A DNA stretch of 64,000 nucleotides from Candidatus Poribacteria bacterium. Lineage in GTDB: Bacteria > Poribacteria > WGA-4E > JAJDTR01. This document shows positions 51,768 to 61,662 of the stretch, in pieces (position 1 is the stretch's first letter; each line of letters starts with the position of its first letter). The stretch covers positions 2,272,001-2,336,000 of the forward strand of contig CBDCTK010000002.1 in assembly GCA_965222225.1 (NCBI GenBank), in the 5' to 3' direction. The notes below the pieces were generated by a model that saw nothing but the letters and a program-made list of their open reading frames with translations, was not told the origin of the DNA and did not search any database. The position numbers were made by a program, and so were the translations under genes.

Positions 51768-52535
51768 ATGTCTTCCGTCAAGAAACGCCGGTTATGCATC
51801 ATCGCTTTGGTTGCTGCGGTTTGCGTTTCTCTAGGCACAGTCCTGATGATTCGGGCAAGCGCACCTGTTGAATCCAAGACAGTTTACCTCTTGCCGGAGC
51901 CTAATCCGGCGCGCGCCGAAATTCTCAAGCGTGCTTTGCAACCGCCAAAACGCGCTTACACATCGAAGGCGTCTAATAAAGCGGTAACGACGGAGGACAC
52001 AACTGACGAGAACCTTGAAGTCGACAGCGGCGAGTCATCAAGCCAAGAAAGCGATTTTGAGGATGAAGACCTCGAATCCATGCTCGCGGCACTCGACGAG
52101 GAAACCGTCGAACGGAACAGCGATTTCCCGCCGGTTCCCGACGATTTTCCGTTTACGCCGGTCTGGCTACGCCGCCCTGGATATAAAAAAGGGGACATGC
52201 CTAACCACGAGCTAATATACCGTGTGTTGATAAAACTCTGGAATCAGGGAGATCGTGGGTTTCAAGACGGTATTTTCAGTAACGCCGATGCTAAGGTCTA
52301 TCCTATTTATCCAGATGTGCTGTATGTCCAATGGGACGATACAGAGGTTACTGACGAATGGGGAAATTCCCGGAATGTCAGGTATATCGTAACCTCCACT
52401 GGTACTCACAAGCGAGATTTTGAGCTAGAGGATTTCATCACTGGCGCATGGAGAACCAAGTATCCTGACACTAAAATTGTCGCGTACGATGATGCCGGAT
52501 ATGACCCCTACACGTTTCTCACTGAAGACGATTAA
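51768..52535 (+). CDS. Hypothetical membrane-anchored protein with an acidic linker
   Basis: N-terminal TM, D/E-rich spacer, C-terminal globular domain. Confidence 0.75.
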   Translation: MSSVKKRRLCIIALVAAVCVSLGTVLMIRASAPVESKTVYLLPEPNPARAEILKRALQPPKRAYTSKASNKAVTTEDTTDENLEVDSGESSSQESDFEDEDLESMLAALDEETVERNSDFPPVPDDFPFTPVWLRRPGYKKGDMPNHELIYRVLIKLWNQGDRGFQDGIFSNADAKVYPIYPDVLYVQWDDTEVTDEWGNSRNVRYIVTSTGTHKRDFELEDFITGAWRTKYPDTKIVAYDDAGYDPYTFLTEDD

Positions 52536-52561
52536 CATCTTTTAACAGAAGGAGAAATATC

Positions 52562-52930
52562 ATGAAAAAAATCACGCTGTTCGCTATTCCAGCCATATTG
52601 CTGACCTTCACAATCGTGAAAATCGCATATTCATGGAGCATTTACCAAGGAGCAGGATTCACAAATAGCGGTAGTGCGCCTAGGACGTATGCAGACGCTT
52701 ATTCCTCTACTTACGGCCTTACTGATGGTGCGTGGGAGGTGTATGCAAAAGTAAATCACCAGGGGCCCAAGCGTAGTGGAAGTTTTGCTCAGGGTGGCGC
52801 CGTCTTTACTGCCCATAAACATGTGGACAATGCTGACCTACCTGCTTTTGCCTATTCTAAGGTGGAGGGATGGCCCACCAACGGCGGCGATTATGTAGAT
52901 ATCGACGATGATGCACATTATAATCCCTAA
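52562..52930 (+). CDS. Small secreted beta-rich protein
   Basis: AAGGAG RBS; signal peptide ending AYS; G/A/Y/S-rich. Confidence 0.75.
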   Translation: MKKITLFAIPAILLTFTIVKIAYSWSIYQGAGFTNSGSAPRTYADAYSSTYGLTDGAWEVYAKVNHQGPKRSGSFAQGGAVFTAHKHVDNADLPAFAYSKVEGWPTNGGDYVDIDDDAHYNP

Positions 52931-52944
52931 GGATTGCCTTTGTT

Positions 52945-52984
52945 CTCTATTAAACGCCTTGGCGTATCGAGGCGTTTAATAGAG
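52945..52984 (+). terminator. 15-bp-stem hairpin after the small secreted protein
   Basis: CTCTATTAAACGCCT-N10-AGGCGTTTAATAGAG; no long U tract, so it may be a stabiliser or attenuator. Confidence 0.6.
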
Positions 52985-53008
52985 GGTATTAGACCTTGGA
53001 GACAACAA

Positions 53009-53995
53009 ATGTTTACGCTTACAACTCCTCGCTATTTTACGCTAGTTGCTGGCTTTGCTGTTATCCTATTGTCTTTAGGATGCAGTGACGAACCGGTCGA
53101 CAACATCAGAGACCCATCCCCCCCGGGAAGTACCGACGCCCCCTCCACGATTTACTTCCCCATGTCTACCGGTAACCGCTGGGTTTACCGAAATCCCGAC
53201 GGCTCCGAATGGGCGCGCGAGGTCGCCCAGTCGGAAATTATTGAGCACGATTCCTACTATTCTTTCACCTATAATCCGCCACTAGCAGGGGAGCATCCCG
53301 ATTTTATCAAATCGCCTACCTATGTCGTTGCACCAGACGGCATTTTCCTCCTAAACAAGAAAAACGACATAAACGACGCTGTTTGGCAAACTGTTCTGCT
53401 TAGCCAAGGCGATTTCTCGGGCTGGTCCAGAGGGCACAAATTCAGTAACGGCGTTTGGAGCATACGAAGACAGCATGACGACATTTTAGTCTACCTTTTT
53501 TATTCCCAAATACGCGTCACAGAGCACAGTGATTTTACTCTGCTGCATTTCCCGCCCGATGACCCCCAGCGGAGAAAAGTAATTCATATGACGATAACTG
53601 GAAACGAAAACCTTAACCCTGAAGCTTACGTCCACGGTTTTGAAGCCAAAGTGTGTATATGGGGAAATACGTCTTTCGAGCCCGTGGTAACGACGTCCAT
53701 AGGCGGATTCGAGAACTGCCTGAAAATTGAATGCGACGTCGAGACAACGCCTGTCAAAACGCTGGTGTACAAACCAGGTGAGTTACGGGCCAACAAAACT
53801 GCAGAAGCAAACAACGCGTTCCTAGAGCTTTTAGAAGATGAGCTTAACAGCGAACTAACAAAGCTTCTCCCGAGTCTAATGCAAACCCTGAATTTGCAAA
53901 CGATGTGGCTCGCCCCAGGTGTCGGTCCCGTCAAAATCGAAACTCCTAACGGCATCGCCGAATTGATTGACTACGACATCAAGCCAGCACAGTAA
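53009..53995 (+). CDS. Putative lipoprotein
   Basis: GGAG RBS; lipobox LSLGC; YFPMSTGNRWVY; WLAPGVGPVK. Confidence 0.75.
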   Translation: MFTLTTPRYFTLVAGFAVILLSLGCSDEPVDNIRDPSPPGSTDAPSTIYFPMSTGNRWVYRNPDGSEWAREVAQSEIIEHDSYYSFTYNPPLAGEHPDFIKSPTYVVAPDGIFLLNKKNDINDAVWQTVLLSQGDFSGWSRGHKFSNGVWSIRRQHDDILVYLFYSQIRVTEHSDFTLLHFPPDDPQRRKVIHMTITGNENLNPEAYVHGFEAKVCIWGNTSFEPVVTTSIGGFENCLKIECDVETTPVKTLVYKPGELRANKTAEANNAFLELLEDELNSELTKLLPSLMQTLNLQTMWLAPGVGPVKIETPNGIAELIDYDIKPAQ

Positions 53996-54039
53996 GCTAC
54001 TTTACCAGTAGAAACCATAGAAGTCTTCCCTACCCCCTT

Positions 54040-54250
54040 TCACTTGCCATATTTGAACCGCCCAATAGCATTTGTTCTGCGAGTTCGGCACGGGTATAAC
54101 GTACAAGTATCTTAGGGTCACGCCACCGCCCGGCAGTTTGCATATCAACAAGCGTAGCCCCAGTTTGCGCAACAACATCGCCGAACCAACCCGCAGGGAG
54201 TGTCCCGAGATAAACCCACCAATACCCGATGCCATACCTGTTCGCGCCCA
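54040..54250 (-). pseudogene. Tyrosine recombinase 3' remnant C
   Basis: FISGHSLRVGSA / AQTGATLVDMQTAGRWRDPK..YTRAELAE / AIGRFKYGK* across two frameshifts. Confidence 0.85.
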
Positions 54251-54445
54251 CGTTCCATTCTTTTGTACTTCATATAACGTCTCGGACGCTCGTCCATCAT
54301 TTGACCAAACAGCATGAATCAAGCAGTTACAGTGAGATTTCTGTTGATTAACGAGTGCAAAACAGATAAAATGGCTTTCGTCTATCTCCAAAATGAGCAT
54401 CATACCTCGAAGCGATAATGTACCAGATTCACGATAAACCCAACC

Positions 54446-55876
54446 ATGGCAGCAAAACCGCCAAACATCCTGTGGATATGCACCGATCAGCAACGCCATG
54501 ACACTATCGGTGCCTTAGGAAATCCTCACATCCGTACACCGGCGCTTGATAGCCTCGTCGCCGAGGGCGTCGCCTTTACTTCAGCCTACTGCCAGACACC
54601 GATCTGTACGCCCAGCCGCGCCTCTTTCCTGACCGGTCGATACCCCAGCCGCCTGGGCGTCAATAGCAACAGCAATGCCCGATTTCCCGATGACGCACGG
54701 TTAGTCACCCGCACGTTGGCGGATGCCGGTTACGACTGCGGCATGGCGGGCAAACTTCACCTATCCACAGTTACGCGCCGTGTAGAACCACGCCCCGACG
54801 ATGGCTATCGCGTCTTTAGGTGGTCGCATCACCCCCGCCCGGAAACCTACTGGGAAGTTCAACACCACGCCTATCACCAGTGGCTTGAGGAGCAGGGCGT
54901 GGACTGGTTCGATTACTATCCGACTCGACCTTGGGCGGAAAAGGCACATGCGTCGGTTGGCGCCGGCATTGAGACCCAATACCACCAGACAACCTGGTGC
55001 GCAAACGAAGCTATAGCCTTCATGTCCGAACCGCGCGAAGGTCCCTGGCTGATGAGTGTCAACCCGTTCGACCCGCATCCGCAGGGAGCGTTCTTCAGCG
55101 CGCCGCAAGAATATCTCGACAAGTATAACCCTTCCTTGCTGCCCGGTCCCCACTTTCGAGAGAGCGACTTGGCAAACCAAGCCCGGCTGCGGGACGTCGA
55201 CTTCCAATCCACCGCAACGCGGCCGGAAGAATACCCGACGCGCGAGATGCAGGCGGCGTATTACGCCTCGATCGAGCTGATAGACGCGCAAGTAGGGCGG
55301 ATGCTTGAAGCGCTAGAGCGCAGTGGACAACGCGAGAACACCGTCGTCATCTTCATGAGCGATCATGGGGAGATGTTGGGCGACCACGGGTTGACGCGCA
55401 AGGGTTGCCGTTTCTATGAAGGGTTGGTGCATGTTCCGCTCATCATTTCGTCTCCAAGCCGGTTCCGGCAGGGCGTCCGAAGCGGCGCGCTGGTGGAGTT
55501 GATTGATATCGTGCCTACCTTGCTCCAACTCGCGGGACTTGACGTGCCGGTCGACGTACAGGGGTGGTCGTTATTGCCAATTTTGACAGGGGAATCCGCC
55601 GCGGATAGTCACCGCGATGTCGTGCGTTGCGAATACCGCGACGCCCTTGACATGCCCGGCAAGAGCCATGCCGACATGATCTTCGACGGGCGCCACAAGC
55701 TGGTCGTTTACCACGGCACCGGGCTGGGCGAACTTTACGATCTGAAGGAAGACCCGCACGAGTTTGACAACCTGTGGGACAGCGTGGAAGCGGCAAAAAT
55801 CAAACAGGAATTGCTTATCCGCTTATTTGATGACGTGGTGTTGGCGGCTAATGAAGGCCAACCCCGAATCGCATAA
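54446..55876 (+). CDS. Formylglycine-dependent sulfatase
   Basis: PNILWICTDQ, CTPSRASFLTG, GKLH, SDHGE. Confidence 0.93.
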   Translation: MAAKPPNILWICTDQQRHDTIGALGNPHIRTPALDSLVAEGVAFTSAYCQTPICTPSRASFLTGRYPSRLGVNSNSNARFPDDARLVTRTLADAGYDCGMAGKLHLSTVTRRVEPRPDDGYRVFRWSHHPRPETYWEVQHHAYHQWLEEQGVDWFDYYPTRPWAEKAHASVGAGIETQYHQTTWCANEAIAFMSEPREGPWLMSVNPFDPHPQGAFFSAPQEYLDKYNPSLLPGPHFRESDLANQARLRDVDFQSTATRPEEYPTREMQAAYYASIELIDAQVGRMLEALERSGQRENTVVIFMSDHGEMLGDHGLTRKGCRFYEGLVHVPLIISSPSRFRQGVRSGALVELIDIVPTLLQLAGLDVPVDVQGWSLLPILTGESAADSHRDVVRCEYRDALDMPGKSHADMIFDGRHKLVVYHGTGLGELYDLKEDPHEFDNLWDSVEAAKIKQELLIRLFDDVVLAANEGQPRIA

Positions 55877-55898
55877 TCTTTACTCTACTCGTACATAT

Positions 55899-56022
55899 GT
55901 AGGGTGCGCACCGCGCACCAGCCTTTGAAAACGCCCGTCAGCAGGTTTGGATCAAGCGACCGATTAGGGAGTTGAATCTTCTATCGCCCTCTTTATTCAG
56001 TCGATTGATCGATAGAGATCCC
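55899..56022. repeat. GTAG REP (55899-55919) plus a 37-nt element (55950-56022) carrying an inverted second copy (55974-56010)
   Basis: GATCAAGCGACCGATTAGGGAGTT | GAATCTTCTATCGCCCTCTTTATTCAGTCGATTGATC | GATAGAGATCCC. Confidence 0.85.
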
Positions 56023-56155
56023 CTTGCCCCGCTGACGTTGCGCGGAGACAAGGCTTCTAACTCCGCTCCACACAAGATTCTTTACCCTGTCCACGTAATC
56101 ATTGTCATTGCACCTGAATTTTAGAGACGTGGTATAACAACAATGGAGAAACAGC

Positions 56156-57019
56156 ATGACCCAACCCCTGCGTATTGTATCAATCGGCGCGCATCCGGCT
56201 GATATATTCGATCAATCCGGCGGCACTATGGCTCACCATACGAGTCGAGGCGATTATGTCGCCTGCGTCGTATTGACTCATGGCGCTCGCGTGCACGACG
56301 CCGTCATTAGCGACGCCATGTTTCATCGTGAGGAGATTCCGGATCAAGCCGAATTGATGAAGTTAATGGAAGATCGATCGGATGTCAAGGCAGAGGAAGT
56401 GCGCGCCGCATGCAATATCGTGGGAGTCAAGGACATCTACTTCTTTGGAGCGGACGATGCGGTACTCCTTGTCACGGAGGACATGGTCAGACGCTTGGCG
56501 AGACTGTTACGCGAGTTGCGCCCCGATGTCGTTTTGACCCATTTCCCCAAAGAAAACGACGCGCTCACCAACGCGCACGCCATCGCAGGGCAAATCGTCA
56601 TGCACGCCATTTCCCTCGCTGGCAGCGTGGATCCCGGCGATCGGCATCCCCCCCACCGCGTGGCGGCAGTCTTTTTCTTTGGCTCGGGCGCGGCTGCAGT
56701 ACCCGCCAACGTATGGCGATCGGAGGGCGGGTTTTACAACGATGTATTCATTGACATCACGGATGTTGTGGACAAGAAACTCGCGGCATTGGACTGCTTG
56801 GTGAGTCAGGGTTATAGCGGAGCTTACGCCCGCAAGCGGATTGAAACCAGTGACGGCGCGTTCGGCGTAGCGGGCGGATGCGCTTACGCGGAAGGTTTCA
56901 TCTCCATGAAGGCTGAGACCCACTACTATCTGCCGGTTACGGAACATGCGCTTGAAACAGCTCGTTCATCCGACCACGAGCTGATAAAGCAACGATCCTA
57001 TCGAATCCCGGTTGATTGA
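56156..57019 (+). CDS. PIG-L/LmbE-family deacetylase
   Basis: IGAHPAD, RPDVVLTH, FIDITDVVDKKLAAL, YAEGF. Confidence 0.88.
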   Translation: MTQPLRIVSIGAHPADIFDQSGGTMAHHTSRGDYVACVVLTHGARVHDAVISDAMFHREEIPDQAELMKLMEDRSDVKAEEVRAACNIVGVKDIYFFGADDAVLLVTEDMVRRLARLLRELRPDVVLTHFPKENDALTNAHAIAGQIVMHAISLAGSVDPGDRHPPHRVAAVFFFGSGAAAVPANVWRSEGGFYNDVFIDITDVVDKKLAALDCLVSQGYSGAYARKRIETSDGAFGVAGGCAYAEGFISMKAETHYYLPVTEHALETARSSDHELIKQRSYRIPVD

Positions 57020-57211
57020 AGATTCTTTGATATAGTAATTAGCATTCATATTCGCACATATATGAATTGTAAGAAACTTCCAAGAATAAACTTACACTTC
57101 TATTTAGATCTGACCCGCTCCTGCCGGATTAACAAATCCAGCAAATCTTTATCTAGCTATTCAGCTTCCATTCTTTCGCTCTGGAGGAGTTCAAAGGAAT
57201 GAATATTGACC

Positions 57212-57383
57212 GATCAACTGAGTGGATAACGAAGGCGATAGTAAATCTTGATAGCGAATCCCGATAGAGATCCCCGCCGCTTTCACTTCCCATAGAAGAA
57301 CCGCGCCTTATTTTTTGAGTTAAGATCCGGAGCGATCCCACGAACTAGCAACTGAGCGATTAGCGAAGGCGGTAGAAGATACC
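57212..57383 (+). repeat. 37-nt element with two stacked extra tails (57212-57274) and a degenerate copy (57346-57383)
   Basis: GATCAACTGAGTGGATAACGAAGGCGATAGTAAATCTT | GATAGCGAATCCC | GATAGAGATCCC. Confidence 0.75.
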
Positions 57384-57454
57384 GCACTATGAGCAGATCC
57401 GCAAATCGCAAAAATCTAAACTTTTGTGTTTTTTCCCTTCAAGGAGATTTATTG

Positions 57455-57622
57455 ATGACAGTACGCACTTTGTTTTGGGTTATTCTCGAAATCGGTGTTG
57501 ACATTCTTCTTTTGTACATCGTGCTTTCCAACAGCACCGCGTGGTTCCGAAAAGTCGTCAAATGGATTATAGCAGGAATCATCGTTTTGGACATCCTCGG
57601 CATCATCGACTACACTGTCTGA
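57455..57622 (+). CDS. 55-aa two-TM membrane protein
   Basis: AAGGAG RBS; two hydrophobic helices. Confidence 0.55.
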   Translation: MTVRTLFWVILEIGVDILLLYIVLSNSTAWFRKVVKWIIAGIIVLDILGIIDYTV

Positions 57623-57865
57623 AGATTCCTCAAGGGGCTTATAGGATGATTCCATGGACTCGGGCCTTACCAGAGAGAAACAGAGTGAGTCGCGCGAGTG
57701 CTGCCGACAGGTGAAAGTTCCGTCGGTCTATTTCCCGCCACATTTGCAATTCCATTGCCATGGCCGGGGCGTCTCCGCGAACTTCAATGGGAGAGCGCAG
57801 TTCAGCTGTGTCGTCATGGCAAGCCGCCGGGAGAGTTCGTCAACCTGACCGTCATCACTGGCTGC

Positions 57866-58707
57866 CTAGTCATCAGTATCACGCTGGTGTCTTTCCGCAT
57901 CACGCTCAACTTGCTCCCGATTTCGATAATCTCCAGGAAAGTATGTCCATACAGGGAGCGCTGGCAACCGCAGAGAGATAGAAGTCCAATCAGAATAAGA
58001 ATAACGCGCAAAAAACGAGATATCAACAAGCCGCTTATCCGGCGGGGCGGGGTCAAAGGACATCACATATCCTATCGGACGACATGCAATCTCACAAAGG
58101 CCGCGACTTTTCTCGAAAGTAGCATTTGCGATGCTTGTCATATCCTCCAACGTACTGCAATCTATTTCATCTGGATTCATCTTCAACATTCCCGCTCCAG
58201 CTATGTAGCGGCTACGCACACCCCATTAAAAAAAGCATAGATCCGAAGATCCGGATTTAAGTACCGTTCATTTTTGTAAAGCACGAACTTGACCAAATCT
58301 GGATGGTTATACGAAAACTGTGTGTCATTAATAGAAAAAAACATACACACGATTTGCTTAATCACCCGCAGAGGAAAGATATGAAAAGTGTAGTACAGCG
58401 ATGGTGCGCCTTGTGCGTTCTCAAGCATTTCCATTCCTTGACGCGCCCAAACGGCAAAAGCATCCCCATACCACTTCCCTGTATCATTATTGCATGGTTC
58501 GCAGAGACTATGTGCGCCAACCCCATTCTGCGACATAGTCCATTTTGGTTCTAAGTAGCGGTCGGGGTCTTCGCCGATTAGTTTAAATACTTCTTTGTAT
58601 ACCGTCCGGCAGTTGTTAAACGCCGCCGCAGGGGGCACATGATCAAACGATAATTTTGTACAATCGCGACAAATGCGACACGTGCCAAAGACTGGCTTGC
58701 GAGCCAT
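57866..58707 (-). pseudogene. HNH-like endonuclease, frameshifted near 58225
   Basis: CRIC..DHVPP..LCEPCNN; C-terminal half continues in the adjacent frame (57866..58219); AGGAGG RBS. Confidence 0.7.
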
Positions 58708-58850
58708 TCAACCTCCTAGACTTCATGAATCCAACGAGGAAGTTAAGGTGCGCCGGGGGATATTTGTAAAACCGTAGACTTGCCATTCAACTACAGCTTT
58801 CTTTATTCTATCCCACATTCCTCGTTCCACCGTCATTCATTTACTATAAA

Positions 58851-58970
58851 AGCACCCCGCTCCGCCAGTTCCGCCGGCGCATAATGCGCCGGCATCTTCG
58901 GATCTGCCCACCTGCCCGCTGTCTGCATATCCACAACTGACGCCCCGGCACGTGCCAGCGACACTGCTGA
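58851..58970 (-). pseudogene. Tyrosine recombinase 3' remnant B
   Basis: SAVSLARAGASVVDMQTAGRWADPKMPAHYAPAELAERGA. Confidence 0.88.
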
Positions 58971-59146
58971 CCGGGCCACCCATAATCGGCTACAACACCC
59001 GTATCGCTTTCGACAAGGGCAAGGGGGTCTACGGTTGCCAATCCCTCCAGCAGCCCTTATCGCACGTTAGACCGGTGAATAAAGCGGTAAAGCGAGTCCC
59101 ATATTTTACAACCGCATCATCGGGAACTATACCGCGACACCACGCT

Positions 59147-59788
59147 TCACCTATCTTCCGCTTTCAGGTGGCGGCCGTATTCCTCTTTCCATCGCTTCCA
59201 CGGCCCATGATCGTAAATTGCACCATTATCATCGACCCGCCACCAGTACACCTTCCCGTTGGCGTCCGCAAAAATTGCAACAGTCTGATAGCGTGATTGA
59301 GGAAGATTCGGAGGACGTACTGCTCGCTGATACGCTTCAAGTTCGACGATGTCGCGGATTGCCGACAACACGCCACTTCGGGTTTGCGGAGCACGCTTGA
59401 TTTCATATTCACCAAAGGGGCGTGGAGACACAATCCATCTGTCGCTTTCCCTCTCCCGGGGGAATAGCAAGTCTGGGTGAGGCAGTGTAGCCGGCGACGG
59501 CGGTCGTGAATGATACGTCTTAGCCCAGACGTAAACTGTGCCGCCGTTGCCGTCGGACACGGCGCGCGTATGTGCTCCACTCTCTTTGATGACTTCCGAA
59601 ATATGACAATCAATCCATAAATTCATAATACTCCAAGGCGCGGGCGGCGGGTGGATACCGGCGGTCGTTTCAGCCGGTTGAAATACGATTGCTGAAGGTG
59701 ATTGAACCTCCCCATAATAAGGTGTACAGCCCAATGATACACACACGGAAATGAACGCTACTATTAACGTCAATTTTATTCCAATCAT
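59147..59788 (-). CDS. Putative lipoprotein
   Basis: AAGGAG RBS; MIGIKLTLIVAFISVCVSLGC lipobox. Confidence 0.7.
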   Translation of the reverse strand: MIGIKLTLIVAFISVCVSLGCTPYYGEVQSPSAIVFQPAETTAGIHPPPAPWSIMNLWIDCHISEVIKESGAHTRAVSDGNGGTVYVWAKTYHSRPPSPATLPHPDLLFPRERESDRWIVSPRPFGEYEIKRAPQTRSGVLSAIRDIVELEAYQRAVRPPNLPQSRYQTVAIFADANGKVYWWRVDDNGAIYDHGPWKRWKEEYGRHLKAEDR

Positions 59789-59972
59789 CCCAATGTTCTC
59801 CTTATTCCTAACAGTAGACATCTTTCCAAAATAATCTCGGAGCCCGATGGCATCCACCTCTGCCCTAATTGGCTTGGGAATGACATCAATCGTCGGAACA
59901 CCGATGCCACCCGACTTCTGTCCACCACATGGATTAATTAGGAAAGATGTCCAGTGTTGTCTTCAACATCGC

Positions 59973-60341
59973 TTACTTGCCATCTTTGAACCAAGCGATA
60001 GCGCCCCGTTCCGCCAGCTCCGCCCGTGCATAATGCGCCGGCATCTTCGGATCTGACCACCTACCCGCCGTTTGCATATCCACCACCGACGCCCCCGCCT
60101 GAGCCAGTGACACCGCAGACCCCACACGAAGCGAGTGTCCAGAGATGAATCCCTCCACGCCCGCCTCGGCAGCCCAGCGCTTAATCGCGTTCCGCGCTCC
60201 GTTCACCGAAAGCCTATCTGGTGTGATATGCTTCTGCCAGCCCACTCTCCGGAACAGAGCCCCCTCCTCTATGCCCCCAGCCTTACAATATCTCCGGATA
60301 GCCTTGTGAGTGGGCGCTCCGACATACAGCGTAGCCCCCTC
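59973..60341 (-). pseudogene. Tyrosine recombinase 3' remnant A (122 codons)
   Basis: EGATLYV..GALFRRV..AIKRWAAEAGVEGFISGHSLRVGSA..MPAHYARAELAERGAIAWFKDGK*. Confidence 0.9.
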
Positions 60342-60449
60342 ACTTCAGCACGATACTTGTTCCTTTCCCAAGTGTTAACCACGCCATTCCCATATCCATT
60401 CACGCTTCCTCATTTTCGTCCAAGCTGTGATTTCTACTATCGCCATTTG

Positions 60450-61052
60450 TTAGTCTTCGCTCCGTATAAACTTTGATGTGAGAAAACACACATCCTCCTC
60501 TGTCAGCTTTGGAAATTCCCTGCGAATTTCTTCTTTACTGATATCTCGGAATGACGGCTGACGTTCGCGTAGTCTTCGTATACAGTATCTGTCCTCCTCA
60601 AGTCGTGGTCTGACGAGCTCCAGCACACGTTCGTAACTTTTCACCTCCGTATAATACCATTTAGGCTTAATCCGCTTCTTTTCCATGTAATACAAAGAAA
60701 AGTAGCAAGCGACGCCTTCTTCCAAATTGGTAGCGTCTTCAATGCGTACCGGTGCCAGCAAATGAACCGTTTCATGTGCCATTTGAAAACATGCCTTCGA
60801 CATCTTCTGCGCAGCCGATGAGCTAAGCCTAATTATGATTTTCTTGCCTTCAAACCCCTCCGGATACCTGATTTCGGGATCATCGCCCGCGAATTCAATG
60901 CCAAGAATTGTGTACGAACAGTCCCGCCGTTCGAACAGGTTCTCTGCCATTTCAAGCATGAGGCCCAGTCGCCGTCGCAACTTTTGTGCATATTTACCAT
61001 TGGTTCCAGCAGGGTGTGCAACAAACAGTTCCTCAATGTTTAACTTTGGCAT
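60450..61052 (-). CDS. Putative zinc metallopeptidase-like protein (HExxH)
   Basis: FQMAHETVHLL..NLEEGVA; start MPKLNIEEL after GAGG. Confidence 0.65.
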   Translation of the reverse strand: MPKLNIEELFVAHPAGTNGKYAQKLRRRLGLMLEMAENLFERRDCSYTILGIEFAGDDPEIRYPEGFEGKKIIIRLSSSAAQKMSKACFQMAHETVHLLAPVRIEDATNLEEGVACYFSLYYMEKKRIKPKWYYTEVKSYERVLELVRPRLEEDRYCIRRLRERQPSFRDISKEEIRREFPKLTEEDVCFLTSKFIRSED

Positions 61053-61479
61053 AGATTCGTTTCCTCTTCCAGTGTTTTGAGTTTCGTGGGCATGTGAGTC
61101 CACGGGACACTTATTGCGCATAACTGTAATTAACACGCCTTTCAAATCAAAGGAAATTAACGATGAATATCAACTTGTTGTTAAGCCACAGGGTCAAGTG
61201 TTTATTTTTCGTTGTGCCAATGCTCCTGTCCATTGGTGTTTTCGGCGTTTTTTCGAGGCGTTCTGGTGGTCTTACCCTCAAGCAACCTCAAACTCTTGAA
61301 TTTCAGCCCATTGCTTTCGCTTTCATGTGAAATTATGCTATCATCATCGGGTGCTTTTGTCCGTTTAAGGCAATCAAACGCCAATCTACACCAAAACACG
61401 CTTTACTGTTGCAAATCACTTTCACGCGCACTGCGGCAATCCTATCCCTTGCCGTCGATGTCTGAACTGTTACAGAAGA

Positions 61480-61662
61480 ATGTTTATGTCCGCTCAAATC
61501 ATATTTTCGGCAGATGATCCAGCCGCGTTGATCAAACTCAACTCCGAGGGCTGGAGTTTACGGCGACTCGCCGCGCGTTTCGGCGTATCGCACATGACGA
61601 TTCAACGACTTCTCCGTCGCCGGTTCCCGTACTTCAATCTTTATCGCGGCGATATCGTCTAA
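61480..61662 (+). CDS. Small HTH protein (possible remnant)
   Basis: EGWSLRRLAARFGVSHMTIQRLL. Confidence 0.45.
   Translation: MFMSAQIIFSADDPAALIKLNSEGWSLRRLAARFGVSHMTIQRLLRRRFPYFNLYRGDIV

Noticed and set aside
4392-57383. 37-nt repeats as a CRISPR array or as integron attC sites
   Set aside because: Copies are dispersed, in both orientations, nested and divergent, with no regular spacers or cas genes. They lack RYYYAAC/GTTRRRY boxes.
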